DNA from: Paecilomyces variotii
Taxonomy: Eukaryota
NCBI GenBank assembly: GCA_004022145.1
Contig: RCNU01000057.1
DNA: 11,644 bases
Direction: 5' to 3' (one strand)
This document shows positions 9,768-11,644 of the stretch, one piece after another (position 1 is the stretch's first letter; the number at the start of each line of letters is the position of its first letter). A program made the translations under genes and the position numbers. Below the pieces are notes generated by a model. That model had not been told where the DNA came from, did no database searches, and saw nothing but the letters and a program-made list of their open reading frames with translations.

Positions 9768-11644
9768 ATGCTTAGAAATCTTAGAGTACTATATTTTAAA
9801 GGGAATAATATTATTTATTATTTAAGGCTTTTTAAGAGGTTATATAAGGTAAATTAACTCCTAGAAAAGGAAAAAATTAAATAATTTATAGACTATTATA
9901 GCCCGTCAGTATTATTATAGATAAGTACTTAATCTAAATATAAAGAAAAAAACTATTTAAAACTAGCAGAAGTAATTAAATAAGAATATACTTACTATAA
10001 TAAGTATTAAAAGAAATATAATATCTAATAGCTAGAAAGGTTTAAAAATATAAAATATAATAGCTCTAAAGACTTAAAGGAGTATAACTAAAAATATTAA
10101 GCTATATTAGAAGTACTAGTAACTTTAAATAAGTTAAGCTAATACTTACAGAGAGTTTAATATCTTTAAAAATTTTTAGAAAAGCTTAAACAGCAAATAA
10201 TTTAGGAGTTAAATATAGATTATTATACTTTATCTATTATTAAATATACTAATTTCTATAAAAAGGTAATAGATAGAGTAAGAATAATTAAAACCCTTTA
10301 CTACTTTAACAGCAGTAAACTAGAGAAAGATTAAGATATAGCAGCTTTAATAAAAAAAAAAGGTAATTAAAGAAGATAATATATAATTTCTTATTAAACT
10401 TAATAAAACCTATTTAAATAAGAATAAGAGTAAGACTAAATAATAAAGTATTAAAATAAAGTTAATAAAGTAATTATAGATTAATTAATTAATAAAAGAG
10501 TTTAAAAAGTTAAAACTATATAATATATAGTATATAGGGAGGCCTAATAATAGTATACCTAATATTAATATAAATATATAAGCTAAGGCGCCTTTAAGAT
10601 TTAACCTAATTAGAGGATTTAAAATATTTCTAAACTTATATAACTTTTACTAGGCTTCTAATTATATTTAATTTTATTATCTAGATTTAAAAAGCCTCCT
10701 AAATTAAAAGCTTATTTATTAAAGAGAAAACTATAAACTTTATTTTAGGCTAAAAGAATAGAATAGAGAAGTTATTTATCTTATATAAGAGAATATATTA
10801 TAAAAGGAGATTATTAAATAAAGACTAAAGAAAGAATAAAAAAATATTAGCTTAATTAGATATAATATCTAGTCAATTATACTAAAATAGCCTAGGGATA
10901 ACTTAAGCTTTAAGGAAGAAGCCGGGGATATTATAGAAAATTACTACTTTATTAATATAATAAAATTAAATAAGCTCTAAAGAGTAAAGAAAAGGTAAAG
11001 TAAGATTAAATAATTATATAAAAAAAACTGCAGAAAGTAATTAAATAAGAATAGAGATTTTTTTTAATTAAAATAAACTAATTTAGCAATTATTAGCCTC
11101 TAAGTATAATTAAGAAAGTAAAGATAGTTAAAGAGGAAATAAAGGATATGCTTAAGCAGAGTAAGGATAAAAAAATTAAAATAAAAGAGAAACAGAAGTT
11201 AAAGAGGTTTAAAGTTATAAATAAGCTAAAAAGACTATTAATATAATAGGGGTTATAAACTAAATACTAGATATTAAAGTTTAGATATTAATTTAAGACC
11301 TTATTAGTCTATCTCCTAATTTATATAAGGCCTTATTTACTTTATAACTGCAGCAAGTAATAATAAAGGCGATATTTTATAATATTAAAGGAGTATAGTT
11401 TAATGCCTCTATATTAAATATAGAGTATATAATAAATAGTATAGATTAGTATACTTATATATTCTTATAACTTAAGCCTTTTAATAAAGATAAGGTACTA
11501 TATATAGCTATAACTCTAAAGTTACTAATTAGAATTAATAGTTATAAAAAAGCGCGAAATATTATAGTAAATAGTAGAGCTAAAATTAATATAATATATA
11601 GAGATATAATAAATTATTATAAATTTATTATAAGTTAAAAATTT
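9768..11644 (+). pseudogene. gag: gag-protease relic of copy C (3' truncated by the window)
   Basis: ATG at 9768 matches A 5551, the Zn-knuckle relic is at 10639-10680, and the protease relic GTA AAT AGT AGA GCT AAA ATT AAT is at 11567-11590. Small indels vs A include +1 in the A-run at 10352-10363. Confidence 0.85.

Larger units (their letters stand above)
1..11644. other. RIP-mutated, AT-rich transposon block (probably filamentous ascomycete heterochromatin)
   Basis: Seen: TpA is everywhere, CpA/TpG/CpG are rare, and homologous copies differ mostly by C/T and G/A. In-frame TAA/TAG fall where conserved Trp, Gln and Arg codons are expected (e.g. integrase 'RYWW' reads TAA TAT TAA TAA). Known: this is the signature of fungal RIP. 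The host taxon is inferred. Confidence 0.93.
8896..11644 (+). mobile_element. Ty3/gypsy copy C, 5' part (LTR, PBS, gag, protease), runs off the right edge
   Basis: Reverse complement homologue of 6426-3671; the last bases (…ttattataagttaaaaattt) match A at 3671-3690. Confidence 0.92.

Noticed and set aside
1..11644. Organelle, endosymbiont or other natively AT-rich genome
   Set aside because: No rRNA, tRNA or housekeeping ORFs were seen, and the specific CpA/TpG loss plus retroelement motifs explain the composition.

Overview
The whole window is a cluster of three dead copies of one fungal-type Ty3/gypsy LTR retrotransposon, heavily mutated by what looks like repeat-induced point mutation (RIP): extreme AT content, TpA excess, near-absence of CpA/TpG, and copies differing almost only by C/T and G/A transitions. 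Copy A (1-~6426, minus strand) runs 5'LTR, PBS, gag-PR, RT-RNaseH-IN, PPT; its 3'LTR starts at the left window edge. A's 5'LTR abuts the middle of the RT of an oppositely oriented copy B (~6424-9226, plus), consistent with nested insertion. B's 3'LTR is followed directly by a PBS and the gag-PR of copy C (to the right edge), so B and C share one LTR. No intact gene, RNA gene or host gene was found. Protein motifs were reconstructed by hand by reversing transitions and comparing copies, so they are inferences. Most notable: an apparent -1 frameshift between protease and RT rather than between gag and pol, a tRNA-Lys-like PBS with no chromodomain, and a sharp step in mutation load at the shared LTR. 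I see no evidence for a novel non-TE system.
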